Shown piece after piece: positions 1 to 13,109 of a DNA stretch of 64,000 bases. A program made the translations under genes and the position numbers. Each line of letters starts with the position of its first letter. The first letter of the stretch is position 1. The DNA lies in contig NC_057718.1 in the NCBI RefSeq assembly GCF_004010195.1, positions 29,413,206 to 29,477,205 of the forward strand, written 5' to 3'. The stretch is from Chiloscyllium plagiosum (Eukaryota). The notes under the pieces were generated by a model that saw only the letters and a program-made list of their open reading frames with translations, did no database searches and had not been told where the DNA came from.

Positions 1-1373
1 GAAATAATTCACATCAATTTAACTGATATGCCTTAATGGTGCATCATTCACATTTAAAATAATTGATTTTAAAGATTATTCTTTAAGTTACTGTAAGCTT
101 ATAACTAAAATATTTAGTAGTTGAACACTTTTTGCCATTAAACACATGCAATTCTTAAAATTAAAAAAATTGTCTCTTACCACCCCTCCATGTAATTGCC
201 CTTATCTTTCTGCTTTTCTCGCGCACATGGTACATACTACTGTTCCCTCAACTTTTTCTTTTTGCTGCCATTCTTTAAGGGACATCTTTTCTTTTTATCC
301 TTTATCTCTTTAATTGCCACATCATTTTACTTTATTTATTATCCATTCTTCTAAACGATCACATGTAATTTGTACTTTTTCTTGTTTTCTCCCGTAATAT
401 CATTTGTTCTGTCTTCCTCTGTATCAGACCCCTAATTTTTCCTCTTCATTATTTTCACCTTCCCTTTCTTTCTCATGACATTGCACACTATCACTGAGAT
501 CAGTTCAAATCTCTTGCTTCTGTAATCAGTGATAAAGATATATATAAATAATATATATACACACTCAGCACTGAGGAACACTTGCATTGTATGTTTGTTG
601 CACTAGGCCATGTACATGTGGGACAACAAAAATGATGGAAGTGAAGGACCATCAGAAAGGAGCCAAAATATATTCGAGCAGAAGGCAAAACCCAGGCCCT
701 TGAGTGAAAGACAGGCACATGATAGAGGCAGGTAGAACAACATTAAGTCGAATGAAGAACAGATGAGGGCTAAGATGGAGATCCAGATATCAGCTTTCCT
801 CAGGGAAAGTCCTCAACTGGCAAGATTCTTCACTACAAAAGAAATGGGAAGCCCAGTATATGTTTCACTAAAGTAACTCAGATTTCAAACAAAAATTCCT
901 TCACGTGGTCCATGAATTATTTATGGATCATTACACAAGTTTTAATAAACATTGATAATTTTAACTTTAGCTGGTTGACATTACACAATGAGGTAAGGTA
1001 AATTAGTTAATTTAGAACAGTGATATTGGAGATATTGAAAATTTGTGATGTAATAAATGAGTAGAAATATTTAAAACTAACATTTTAAACAGAATACTTC
1101 AAATGCCCAGCTCATGCGAATTTTTTTAACCTCATTTTGAAATTCTTCCAGTACTCCCCAGATTTCTGATGAAATTATTATTAACATTAAATCAGAAAAC
1201 AAGGACAAGCTAACTGGACAACTGAGACAATTTTCGGTCTTATTAAGGTAAAATACATTTAAGGAGAAATTCTTAATATAGATTTGCATTTCTTTATGAA
1301 AAATGTACACATAATTGTCTGAAATGTGAAGCTACTGCTTTTTGAATTGTAATACTTCTTTCTTTTGTACCAG

Positions 1374-1573
1374 ACGCCAAGTTTCTAATGATTTCAGAGA
1401 TTTACCGACCCTGGCTATACATGGATTTGAGGCACTCTTGATGTCTTTACTAATAGGGTTTTTATACTATAGTCAAGATGGCAAGCAATTATCCATCCAG
1501 GACACAGTGGCATTGTTATACATGATCGGAGCTCTGACCCCATTTGCAGTCGTTTTAGACGTTATCGCTAAAT
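1374..1573 (+). CDS. ABCG8: ABCG8 (sterolin-2) internal coding exon, start of transmembrane domain (approx. human exon 9)
   Basis: Acceptor ttttgtaccag|a, donor aaat|gtaaga; 200 nt; encodes [32 protein letters not shown]...VVLDVIAK, recognisably ABCG8; phase matches next exon. Confidence 0.96.
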
Positions 1574-2439
1574 GTAAGATGCTTTTGTTTTCTTTGGCTT
1601 TTACTTTAGAAGTTTTAGTACTTCCAAGACCAATGACTGTTAAAATACCAAGCTGCAGAAAAAGAACTTGACAGCATCTGTTAGGTGTCTGACATCATGG
1701 GGGATAACGTTCTATGTAGATTTGGGTGAATATGTGGAATTAAATCGCTATAAGTGACATTATTCTACTCTCTTCTAAATTTTGCTGTATAGTTAAGCAG
1801 GAAACTCCTTTGGATCTGTCAGATTATTAAAACAAAATGCATTAAAATATTCAAATAGATCATAAGCATGACTCTACCCCTTGATTTTGCTTGATAGCAT
1901 GTGAAAAACACAGCTAAGCAATCCCTTAGCCAATGGATCAGATCTAAGCTCTGCATTCCAGCCATATGCAGTCATAAATGGTGGTGGACAATTAAATAAT
2001 TCACAGGGTGAGGTGGCTCCACAAATGTTCCCATTTTTTAATGATGGAGGAGCCAGGCATATTAGTGAAAAATATAAGGTTGAGTATTTGCAATGATCTT
2101 CAGCCAGAAGTGACAAGTGGATGATCCATTTCAGCTGACTACAGAGGACCCCATCATCTGAGATGCCGGACTTCAGCCAACTCGATTCAATCCATGTGAT
2201 ATCAAGAATCTTCAAGCATTTCTTGATATGTCCCAACAATACTTGTGAAAACTTGTTCTCCAGAACATATCACTCCCCTAGCCAAGTTCTTCCAGAACAG
2301 CTACAGTACTGGCATCTATCCAGCAATGGGGAAAAACAGGACAAATCCACATTTGCCACTTAATATTGAGTCTACTCTCAATATTAGTGGTGATGGAAGG
2401 TGTCATCAACATTGCTGTCAAACAATACTTGTTGAGCAA

Positions 2440-3430
2440 ATCCAGCACTCTATTGCCTAGATTGGGTTCTGACAGGGCCACTGAATACCTAATCTCACTA
2501 TAGCCTTTGTTCAAGGATAGACAAAAGATTTGAACTCCAGAGGAGAAGTGGGAATGACAGTCCTTGACATCATGGTAGCATTTGACCAAGCATAGCACCA
2601 AGAAGCCAGCAAAAGTAGAGTCAAGAGAAAAATTTTGCTGGTTGTAGTCATATCTAACACATAGTTGTGATTGTTGGAAATCCAGACTTCCTCAGGGTAG
2701 TGACCTGGGGCCAAACATCATCAGCTGTTCCATCAATGACCTTCCCTGTATCATTAAGTTGCAAGTGGATGGATGATTGCCCAATGTTCAGCACCATTTA
2801 CATCTCCTTAGATACTGAAGCAGTCCATGTTCAAGTGAAGCAAGACCTGGACAATATCCAGGCTTGGGCTGACAAGTGGCAACTAACATACAAGTGCCAG
2901 TCAATGACCATCTTCACAACATCAAACTAATGCATTAACATCACTGAATCCCCCATGATCAACTTCCTGGAGTTACCACTGACCAGAAACTGAACTGGAT
3001 TCACCATGCAAATACAGTGGCTTCCAGAGCAAGTTAAAGGCTCAATGAGTAACTCACCCTCTGAACCACCATAGCCTGTCCACCATCTACAAAGCACAAA
3101 TCAGGAGTGTGATGGAATACTCCTTTGGATAACTGCAGCTCTAACAATACTCAAATTGGATACCATCACATCCACAATCATTCACCCCGTCCACCACAGT
3201 AACAGCAATGTCTACAAGCTACAAGATACACTGCCATCAATCACCAAAGCTTGTTAGCTAGCACCTTCCAAACCACGACTCTTACCATCTAGAAAGATCA
3301 GGGTAGCAGATGGGAACATGGGAGCACCACCACCCCTCCAAGTTCCCTCCCCAAGTTACTCACCATCCTGGCTGGGAAATATATTGCCAGGCAGTATATA
3401 GGCAAAAATTCTGGAGCTTCCTCCCAGATG
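2440..3430 (+). mobile_element. CR1/L2-type LINE 3' fragment of a second family (related 3' ends near 31660-31835 and 35130-35400)
   Basis: ORF 2667-2930 ...QDLDNIQAWADKWQ; accatctacaaagcacaaatcaggagtgtgatggaatactc (TIYKAQ.RSVMEYS). Confidence 0.7.
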
Positions 3431-3819
3431 GAAATAAAAATATGATTTTGTACAGTAATGCACATTTTTACTTTCTGTACTGTTGTGGGAAACTATTTTG
3501 CTCAGTCTAGCCAAATATCAAATCAAGAAGCCATGATAACTTGAGAGCACAGAATGTTAGATTTCCATATAGCGCAAAGAAGTGGATTCCCTATTTCTCA
3601 CAGTAAACTATCAGTATCTAACATGCCCTTCTTGTGCAAGACCAAACAAAATTGGGCACTTCTCCATAGCAGGTGGGAGAGAAAATCTTTCTCTCCTAAA
3701 TACGATGACCTAGTTATAAGATCCACTGGGAGAAATTGCCAGCCCCCTTTTCGGGCAGTACTTATTTAGCCAGATAGAAACTGCAGGGGAACATGTGATG
3801 TTAATCTGATGACATTTCT

Positions 3820-3995
3820 GCCCTCTGAGGTCTACTGTACTGAATTAAAGAAGAGCAGAACAATTCTTCTTTGTGATCTGGCTAATATTTATGTCTTTCC
3901 TAACATTACTAAAGGGTAGATCATCTACAATTATTGTGGGATCTTTCAGAGTTTATATTGACTGTCTCATTTCCTACATGACAGTGGTGATCTTC
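3820..3995 (+). mobile_element. Deu-domain SINE remnant (SacSINE1/AmnSINE1-like)
   Basis: aagaagagcag...ctggctaatatttat...acattactaaa...tgtgggatct...tttcctacatgacagtg resembles the Deu core as I recall it. Confidence 0.55.
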
Positions 3996-3997
3996 TA

Positions 3998-4185
3998 GGA
4001 CTGCAGATGCTGGAGATTAGAGTCGAGAGTATGGTACTGGAAAAGCACAGCAGGTCAGGCAGCATCCGAGAAGAAGGAGAATCGATGTTTTGGGCAAGAG
4101 CCCTTCATCAGGAACCTGAAACATTGATCCTCCTTTTCCTCGGATGCTACCTGACCTGTTGTGCTTTTCCAGCACCCCACTGTCA
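3998..4185. mobile_element. Short palindromic Penelope pseudo-LTR-derived element (family A), degenerate hammerhead
   Basis: Arms ctggaaaagcacagcaggtcaggcagcatccgag / ctcggatgctacctgacctgttgtgcttttccag; 17-bp TSD with 2 mismatches (3981-3997, 4186-4202); homologous to 27481-27610. Confidence 0.8.
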
Positions 4186-4228
4186 ACAGTGATTATCTTC
4201 TATTTATTTATCGATGATCTTTTCCTAG

Positions 4229-4305
4229 GTCACTCAGAAAGGGCAATGCTTTACCATGAAGTGGAGGATGGAATGTATTCTATTACTCCTTACTATTTTG
4301 CAAAG
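4229..4305 (+). CDS. ABCG8: ABCG8 internal coding exon (approx. human exon 10)
   Basis: tttcctag|gt ... gcaaag|gtaat; 77 nt; (C)HSERAMLYHEVEDGMYSITPYYFAK, the ABCG 'ER...E...G.Y' segment. Confidence 0.96.
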
Positions 4306-4489
4306 GTAATTTTTCTAATCATGCTGACGGTGAATAAATCGAAGTACAATCAATGTTAAACAGTGAAGAAATTATACAAAAGTCTGTTGGGAAATTATGA
4401 TAAGAAAACATTGTACAGGAACAAAGCTATCTCTCTAAAAGGAATGGTTCTGTATGATAGAGAAAGAGAATCTGTACAATATACACGTT

Positions 4490-5990
4490 ACAGAATTGTT
4501 CAGTGTAGAAGATGCTCTTTTAACCCATCGTGGCTGTGTTGGCTCTCCTCATGAGCTTTATAACTTAGTGCGACTTTCCTGATTTTTTTCCCTGAATATG
4601 GTTTCTATTTACATAATTCTCCAATGGCCTCTTGAACGCCTCCATTGAGTCACCTTCCTCCACATTTCCAGGCAGTGGGGTTCCAGACCCTAACTACTTG
4701 CTGTGTCAAAAGGATTCTTCACAAATCATTTTTGTTTCAAATTATCTTCTATCCGTGCCCTATCATTCTCAATTCTTTTATGAGCAAAAGCAGTTTCTTC
4801 CTATCTACATTGTCCAGATCCCTCATGATTTTGAAAATTACTATCAAAATCTCTTCTTAGTCTTCTCTGCTCCAAGGAAAGCAGTATTTGGAACCATTCT
4901 CGGAAACCTCTTCTGCAGTCTTTCCTACGCAATCACATCCTTATCCAGACCTGTACCTGATACTCTAGCTGATGTATAACTGTCTCACATACATATACAG
5001 CAGAACCTCCTTGCTCTTGTTCTCTATGTCTATATTAATAAAGCTGAGGATAGTCAGCAGTCTACAGTCAGCATTATTATATGCTTTATTATATGCTGAC
5101 TGTACCTGTCCTTCCTCAGTTAGTATAAACACTGTTTCTGCACTTTGTACACCTTTTAAGGTAATGTTTTATTTTAGACTGTATCTCCACACTCTTTCTG
5201 CCAAAATGTATTACCTCTTACTTGTCCATGTTGACTTCATCTGCAACTCCAGATGCAGAGCTGCACACTCCACCAGCTGTCAAATGTTGTTCTGTGTTTT
5301 CACACTGTCCTCACAGTTTAGAACCTTTCCAAGTTTTGTATTTTCTGCAAATTTGTAAATTGTCCCCTGCATACTAATACCTCAATCATTAATATATATC
5401 AGGAAAAGCAAGGGTTCAAAACTGACCTCACGGGAAACTACAAATCTTACTTCAAGCCAAAAATGATCCATTAACAATGACTCTTTCCTTTCCAGCTAAT
5501 TTTGTATTCACATCACTACAGTTCAATTGCCTCCACAAGCTTATAACTTAAAACTTATTTATTTTCTCATTAGTCTGCTGTGTGGTACTGTATTGAATGC
5601 CATTTTGAAGTCAACATACATGTCCCATCAGTACCTTCATCAACCCTCTCTTTTATCTTTCCAGCAAGTCAGTTAACCTTGATTTTGCCCATAAGAAATT
5701 TGTACTGGCCCTTCCTAATTAACCCACATTTGTCCATGCGTTTATTGATTCTGTCCTGATTAATTGTTTCAAGAAGTTTCCTTACCACTGAAGTTAAACA
5801 GACTGATCTGTAATCACTGAGTTTAGCCTTATAATATTGTCTGAGTAAGGTGTGATATTTGCAATTCACCAAATCTCTAGTACCACCCTGAGTCTCAAGA
5901 CGACTTAGAGGTTTTTGCCAAAGCCATTGCAGTTTCCAGTCTCACTTCACTCAATGTCCTTGAATGTACCTCATCTGGCTGTTGTGTTTT
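4490..5990 (-). mobile_element. Old CR1-like LINE fragment
   Basis: ORF 5669-5872 DYRSVCLTSVVRKLLETI..DRI...LIRKGQY.F is a CR1 RT N-terminal motif. Confidence 0.7.
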
Positions 5991-6471
5991 CAGAAATTGC
6001 CATCCTATTCTGCAGATAAACCCGCACTAATCAGTTGGCAATGAAACATTAGGTCCTAAAAGCAATTTTTTGATTATGCCTAAAATGGAAAAATGTTTGT
6101 GCCTACATTGCACCATCTTTCATTAAGAATTGGTAATCAAGATTGCCAATCCTTGCTGCAGTCTCCATAGCAATGCCCTGGCCAATCAGAGTCTGTCCAT
6201 GTGTTCTCAGGTTAAGCAGAGAGCTTAGATTGACAGTTAACTGATCCAATTGCATCTCCAGGCTAATCACGGTCTAACCAACCAGCACCCTCTTCTCATG
6301 CTGGTGGCTTGGTGTTCTCTTTCAATGTTTGATTTTTTTGTTCGTCCTGATTATTGAGCAATGAAAAGCTTCAACTTTTTATCTCTTTTCAGCCACATTT
6401 AAGTTTGGATATATTTAATTTCCAATCTCAATTTGTTACTAACCAATTAGTATTTCCTTTTCACCCTGCAG

Positions 6472-6739
6472 CTTTTGGGAGAACTCCCCGAACATTGTGC
6501 TTTTGTAATAATCTACGGTGTGCCAATCTACTGGATAGCAGCTCTCAGACCCGAGGCTAGTCCATTCCTCCTGAACTTTCTGCTGGTGTGGCTTGTGGTA
6601 TATTGTAGTAGAGTAATGGCTCTGTGGGTCTCAGCATTACTACCAACACTGCAGTTATCTTCTTTCGTAGGAAACGTCTTTTTTACAATTTTCTACTTAA
6701 CAGGAGGCTTTGTGATTAGTCTAAAGAATATGTGGACAG
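6472..6739 (+). CDS. ABCG8: ABCG8 internal coding exon (approx. human exon 11)
   Basis: ccctgcag|ctt ... tggacag|gtaaga; 268 nt; [21 protein letters not shown]...[19 protein letters not shown]2-type membrane helices. Confidence 0.97.
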
Positions 6740-7444
6740 GTAAGAAGTTTAAATTCAGCCACACAGTTCCATTTGAGTAATTCTTTATATTATAATATTA
6801 TAATTCACCTACTATGAGCACAGTTTGCTGAGTAATGCACCCCATAGTTCCTCACAATCATATTTTTGTTTTCAGTTACATCCATCATGTTTCATTTGTT
6901 TGGTTTAAAATGTGGCCTGATTCAAAAGGTTCTTATGTTGAAACATTCAATTAATTATTCCAACCACCCCACCACCACCATCATCTCTGGAAGGTGTTAG
7001 CTCATAAAATGTAGATGGTTTTAAAATGTTATTTAATTTCATGGCTAACTTACTGTGCAAGTTTGATTGGATTGTGAGGGATAGAGGAGACAGGGAAGAG
7101 AAACGATGTTTGGGGGAGGCTAGAGAGCTAAGCTGTAAAAGAAATGAAAATGAAGATGTTCTATCATAGTAAATGTTGATGTGGTAGGAGGCTTCTTTGG
7201 TGAATCCTCTCAGCCATGTTCAAATCTTTCCCTCAGTCCTCGTTGTATCCTTCTTAATGGCCTGCAATGCTGAGACTCTGTGTTTTTCTAATTTTGCTGT
7301 CTTGCATCTGTTCTACCTTCACTCCACCAACACTGGCTGTAACTTGAGCCTAAGTTGTAGAATTCCCTTCCTGCCCCTCCTTTAAGACACTCCTTTAGAA
7401 CATGCCGCATTGACCAAACTGTGGGTCAAACCACTTCATACTAC

Positions 7445-7795
7445 ACCTTCACCTTGAAGTCAATAATTACAGAATCCTTACAGAGCAAAAGAGGCCATTT
7501 GACCCATCCAATCTGCACCACCCCTCTGAAGAGCGTCCCACCCAAACTAGCCCCCTACCCTAGCCCTGTAATCCTGCATTTACCATGGCTAATCCACCTA
7601 GCCAGCATATCCCTAGACACTATGAAACAATTTCCTATGGCTAATTCACCTTTGGACTGTGGGAGGAAACCAGAGCACCTGGGGGAAACCCACTCAAATA
7701 TGAAGAGAACATGCAAACTCCATACAGACTGTCACCCAACACTGGGATCGAACCCAGGTATCCAGTTCTAACCACTGAGCAACTGTGCCACCCAT
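7445..7795 (-). mobile_element. Diverged HE1/V-SINE-type SINE (further partial copies at about 37000-37198 minus and 34030-34180 plus)
   Basis: tttggactgtgggaggaaaccagagcacc...tgcaaactccatacagac...accactgagc core shared with the young copies. Confidence 0.75.
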
Positions 7796-8144
7796 TATGT
7801 CTTGAAATTTTTCTTGTAATTCTTTAGCATCTTTAACCTAAGTTGTTGATGTTCTCAGTTTCTCACTTTACACGTATATTACTTGCTATTAGTCCACCTT
7901 TTAATAAATAATGAAAATTTAATAAATAACCTTCCAATGTTTATTTTTACTTGGAATCTTTCATTCTTTCATAGTTCACCACTGCTTTCTATCTTGCATA
8001 TTGATATAGATATTAATTCAATTGTCCCAACATTTACTTGCACTACTGCCTTAATCACCAGATCATTTATATTCTTTGCCTATCAGCTAATGATGATTTA
8101 CAGACAAGGAAAGCAAATAAAACTTGGTGGTAATTTGGAATATA

Positions 8145-8980
8145 TTTTAAGAAGGTTATCTAAGATTATAAAGGGATCTTGATCAATTGGGACAATCGGC
8201 TGAGGAGTGGTAGGTGGAATTTAATTTGGATAAATGTGAGGTGTTGCATTTTGATAAGATGAACAAGGGCAGGACTTAAACAGTTAATGATAGGGCCCTG
8301 CTGAGTGTTATTGATCAGAGAGACCTAGGGGTTCAAGTACATTGTTCCTTGAAAGGTGCATCACAGGTAGATAGGGTGGTTGAAAGGCATTTAACACATT
8401 TGCCTTCATTGCTCAAACCATTGAGATGTCTTGTTGTGGTTATTCAGGATGTTGGTGAGGCCATTTTTGGAGTGTTGTGTACTGTTCTGGTTGCCCTGCA
8501 ATGGGAAGTATATTATTAAATTGGACAGGGTTCAGAAAAGATATACAAGGATGTTGCCAAGACTGGAGGGTTTGAGTTATAAGGACAGACTGGATAGGCT
8601 GGGACTTTTTTCACTGGAACATAAGAGGTTGAGGGGTTACTTTATCGAGTTTTATAAAACAAGGAGGGGCACAGATAAAGTGAATAACAAAGATATTTTC
8701 CTTAGGATAAGGAGGTTTAAAACCTGAGGGTGTTTTAAGGTAAGAGAAAAAAGATGTAAAAGGGACCTGAGGGGTAACTTTTTCACACAGAGGGTGGTTC
8801 GTGTGTGGAATGAACTGCTGAGGAAGCAGTAGATGCAGGTACAGTTACTGCATTTTAAAAGACCTTTGGATAGTTACATGTATAGGAAAGGTTTAGAGGG
8901 ACATGGGCCAAATGCAGACAAATGGAACTATTGGGAGATTTGGTCAGCATGGATCATTTCTGTGCTGTATGACTCTATCA
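8145..8980 (+). mobile_element. CR1 LINE 3' fragment
   Basis: ORF 8431-8727 LVRPFLECCVLFW.P...VQKRYTRMLP.LEGLSY..RL; ends tgtgctgtatgactctat. Confidence 0.85.
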
Positions 8981-9205
8981 CTGTAATTATTTATGCATTA
9001 CAGGTTGGTCAAAATCTAAGAGAAAGGCAATAAGATTTAGGAAGATCCTTAATCAACATGCTTTTGATTTAGGAAACTTGGACAGCATGGATAATTTCTG
9101 TGCTGTATGACTCTATAACTGTAATTATATATGCATTACAGGTTGGTCAAAATCTAAGAAAAAGGTAATAAGTTTTAGGTGAGATCCTTCATCAACATGT
9201 TTTTG
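8945..9205 (+). repeat. Tandem duplication, about 138-bp period, 2 copies
   Basis: cagcatggat.atttctgtgctgtatgactctat.actgtaattat.tatgcattacaggttggtcaaaatctaaga...atcaacatg at 8945 and 9083. Confidence 0.9.
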
Positions 9206-9949
9206 TTTAGATACTGAGTTGTACATTTTCCATTTTAAATTTACAGCTTTTTCTTTTTTAGATATACAATATATATCTCCTTGGTATATACTGGCATCAC
9301 TTAATTTATTAAAATAGATATTAAAGAAGTTTTGTGTAGTATTCTACTGAGTCTCGCTCATATTTTACATGAGTCTTTAGAATGATAAGGATGACACCAG
9401 ATCAAATTTGGTTCAGCATAACAAACAAGCTACATTTCAAGAGTCCTAATCTAAAGAACAATCGAACACTTATCTCCAATAACAGCTTTACAGTGCACCA
9501 AGTGACTTTCCTTTTTGTGACAGACACTGCAAGACTACTGTTGTGAAAATAAAATTAATTTTAATGCTGTGGGTTTTTCTCTGCCAAAAGAAAATTGATT
9601 ACTTCAGAGTAATATAAAGTTTTTTTATCCCAGGACTTAATTGCTTGTTATAGCATGACAAATTTGCAATTATATTATACTAATAAATCTTTCAAACAAG
9701 ATGTTGTTAGACATCAGCTATATAAATTAATATTAATTCTATGTATTGACATTTAGAATGTTGTCTGGTGGCCATGACCCGAGAAATGAATAAATACTAA
9801 ATTATACCATCTTTATCTATGCCATGCAATATAAGTAATGGAAGTGACTTCATGACACTACAATACAATCCAAACCTCTGAAATCTTTCAGAATACTGAT
9901 GTGGATTATTTTCAAGTGACAATCAATCAGGTTTATATACAATGCTCGA

Positions 9950-11130
9950 TATAAGAGGAGCTAATGGCAGTGGACAAGAAGACAGCTAATGTTGTTCCTA
10001 TATAATGAAAGGAAATTTGAACAAAACCTCAAAATTATAGATCTGTCAGCCTAACATTGCTGTAAGAAAAGATCCTGGAATCTATTATGTGATAGATGAA
10101 TATCTAGAGATAGAAACTATAATAAAAATTAGCATAGCTTCTGAAAGGCTAGATAATATGTAACTAACCTCAAACATTTTATGAGCAGAAAGAGAATACA
10201 AGGATAATGCAATAGATGCCAAGTATTTAGATTTTCAAGAAGTCTTTCAGAGGGTATCTCATGGTTTGTTCATGATAAAGTTTAAGGCATGTCAAGTCAG
10301 GGGACAAATAGCTGAATAAAAAGCAAATGGACTAAAAACAAATGTAGAGAGTAGGGACAAGTGGTAATTAGTCAGGTTGGAGAAAGGTAGAAAGTAATGT
10401 TCTATAGTTATTCATCACTTATATTTAATGATTTAGATTTTAGAAGGACCAGTTCAATAAAACTTTACAGATGGGGTACAATTAACAGTAGGGAAAATGT
10501 GAACTACATAAGCTATTGGAAAACTTGTAGTTTGGGCAGTTAAGTACTTTAGATAATTTTTAACATCTGAAAAAGTGCAATAGAAATAAAGAAGTGAATG
10601 GTAAAGAGGAAAAAGGGATCGCAGGATACAAGTAAACAAAGCAGCATAGTAGGGCAAGATTAGAGTGGTGCTGGAAAAGCGCAGCAGGTCAGGCAGCATC
10701 TGAGGAGCAGGAAAATCGACGTTTCAGGCAAAAGCCCTTCATCAGGAATCAGCATAGCAGGCTAGCAAAACTGTTAACAAAACATTTAAATTTATTCCCA
10801 GGGCTATAGAATTCAAAGGTACTGAAGTTACACTCCACTTGCACAGGATTCTGGTCAGGTCCCACGTGGAGTGCTGGGCACAGATTTACTTACCTGCTAG
10901 TAAAAGGCTATAGAAGTACAGAAGAAAGTACAAAAAGTGATTAGACCTATGGTCCCTTAATTTAGATATTTGGGAAAGGTTTGTGCTTTCTCTTTTGGAA
11001 AAGAGAGGACTTGGACGGGGCTTGATAGTAGTTTTTAAAAGTTATGAACAAGTTGATATGGGAGAGAATGTTTCCACTTTTGGGAAAATCCAAAACGAGG
11101 GATTATAAGTGCAAAATATTTACTAATAAA
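9950..11130 (+). mobile_element. Highly decayed CR1-like LINE fragments
   Basis: aattatagatctgtcagcctaaca (NYR.VSLT), tatttagattttcaagaag (YLDFQ.), ctggtcaggtcccacgtggagtgctg (LVR.H.EC). Confidence 0.6.
10654..10749 (-). mobile_element. Single-arm family A pseudo-LTR fragment with intact hammerhead core
   Basis: Minus strand CUGAUGA-A-GGGC(UUUU)GCCU-GAAA-CGUC; flanked by cagcatagtagg / cagcatagcagg (11/12 TSD). Confidence 0.75.
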
Positions 11131-11417
11131 TCTAAGGATTGACTTTTTCAATTGCCCAGCATGTCCTTCCTCCTTTAGACATCACAACTGTACCACAATA
11201 CCTTCTATCACTTGCTAACACTTCCTTCATGGGTCCGTAACGCACATCCTACCCAACTAGACTATGTGTATTTGAAGACAGTATTGCATGAGCGACAGAG
11301 ATGTGGCACAGGATCAAGAATGAGAAATTATCCCAGTATTGTGCTCTCAACCTAGACTGAGGGAGAGAAAAGAGATTTATTTGAAAATTAACTTAATGCT
11401 TTTGTATTTACTCACAG

Positions 11418-11545
11418 TCGCCTCCTGGTTTTCCAAAATCTCCTTCCTCCGTTGGGGTTTTGAAGGTCTGATACAAGTCCAATTCACAGGATATCCATAC
11501 TTGTTTACGATAGGGAATATCACCATTCCAGTTGAAGGCACAGAT
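11418..11545 (+). CDS. ABCG8: ABCG8 penultimate coding exon (approx. human exon 12)
   Basis: ctcacag|tc ... acagat|gtaagt; 128 nt; VASWFSKISFLRWGFEGLIQVQFTG...PVEGTD. Confidence 0.96.
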
Positions 11546-13109
11546 GTAAGTATTGAACTCATATTGAAACAATCAAAACTGTTGCTAATCATAAGGAAGA
11601 ATTTCCATATTAGAAGTTTCTTAACACTTGCAGTTGGTTAGGTATCATATAATGACATTTGTGGGAAAGACCATGGCATATGGAATTAAAAGGAATATGG
11701 TTGGAAGGATAGCCAACTTGAAGCAGAAAAGACAAAAGATAAAAGTCAAAGGAACTTTCTTGTCTGAAAGGATCTGGTGAACTGGTGATATGGATTGTGG
11801 CTGCTCATCTCCATAAATCATTTGGCAGGGTCATTGAAGGAATGTTATCAACCTGTTTGATAGAAAACAAATTAGCAAGGGAATGTACTGCAGGAAGAGA
11901 TAGATGCTGAGGTGATACTTATAAATCAATGTAGAAACTAAATGAGTAAACCTTGAAGGTAAGAATAACAGAAGAGAATATATTTAGATTTTAACCAAAG
12001 GTCTTGGAGTTCAAATATATTAATTACTAACGCAAAGTGAGTGAAGTTGTGTAATAGTTTAAAAGCTGCACATCCATTTCTATATTCATCCTTAACATTT
12101 ATAATGGAAACTGTCTGAGTAAACTTGTAATACCATTGTGCCGCTCAACTACTCAACCTGTACCAGAGAGAAACCTCAGCCTTTCAAATAGTATTGCCTT
12201 GCAACACAGGTCTGTGCTTTGTGAGTATCCTGCAAGTGGATCAGAGAGGCACCGTGACTGTGGTGAAAGATTGGTAAATTGGTCAAGGATTGGCCAATAT
12301 CCATGAATGAGAGGTGTGTGCAATTGGTGGATCATGTCTGGAGATGCTGTTTGGTCAGATGCAGAGCTGTGAGAGCAGAGTCCTTGTGTACAGTTAAAGC
12401 TTAGACAGAGAGATTCTTGATCAGTAGAGGAATCAAAAGTTGTGTGAAAAGCACAGGAAACTGGATGTGATGAATGTTGGATCAGCAATGATCTCTATAG
12501 AATGGGACAATAGAGTTGAAGGGCCAACTGGCCTACTCCTGTTCCTATTCCTTCCGGTCTTATTATCATCTTCTCATAAATTAGTGTATGTTTTGTTATT
12601 TAATACAAAAGATAGTTTAAATAATGTAAAACAAGGACAGAATATATAATTTTTGAAAAGTAGGTTCATTTGTACCTTTACTAAATATGCTCCATTCACT
12701 TGTTCACCTTAATTGAAGGCAACGCTTGGGGTGGAATTTAGAGTTTCCCACTGGAGTGTTTAAAAACAGTAATGGGAGATTGTGAGATGCAGCACATGAC
12801 CTGTCTGTTGCCCACCTCCCCCCTCTTCAGCTGTCTCCTGTTTAATGAGAGGGTGGAAGTATTGGGCAGTTCACCCTTGGACTTATTCAGACCCTCAGGT
12901 GGCTTATGAATAGCCTCCCTTGTGCTTCATTCTGTCCCTGCCACTGTTTTTCGCCACAATTGATGGATGCTTATACCAAGCAGGTAGCCAAACAGCTTTA
13001 GTTGCACTGGGTAGTGTCAGGCAACAGGAGGGTGCTTCCTCTGGGGCTCCTGGGTATCAATTGAAGACATCCAATCCCCCCACGGGGTGTGAAATTACCT
13101 GGCAAGTGT

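Noticed and set aside
971..992. Possible ABCG8 micro-exon (tttag|...gag|gtaagg)
   Set aside because: The frame required to join the 1374 exon contains TGA and there is no resemblance to the expected upstream exon, which probably lies before the window
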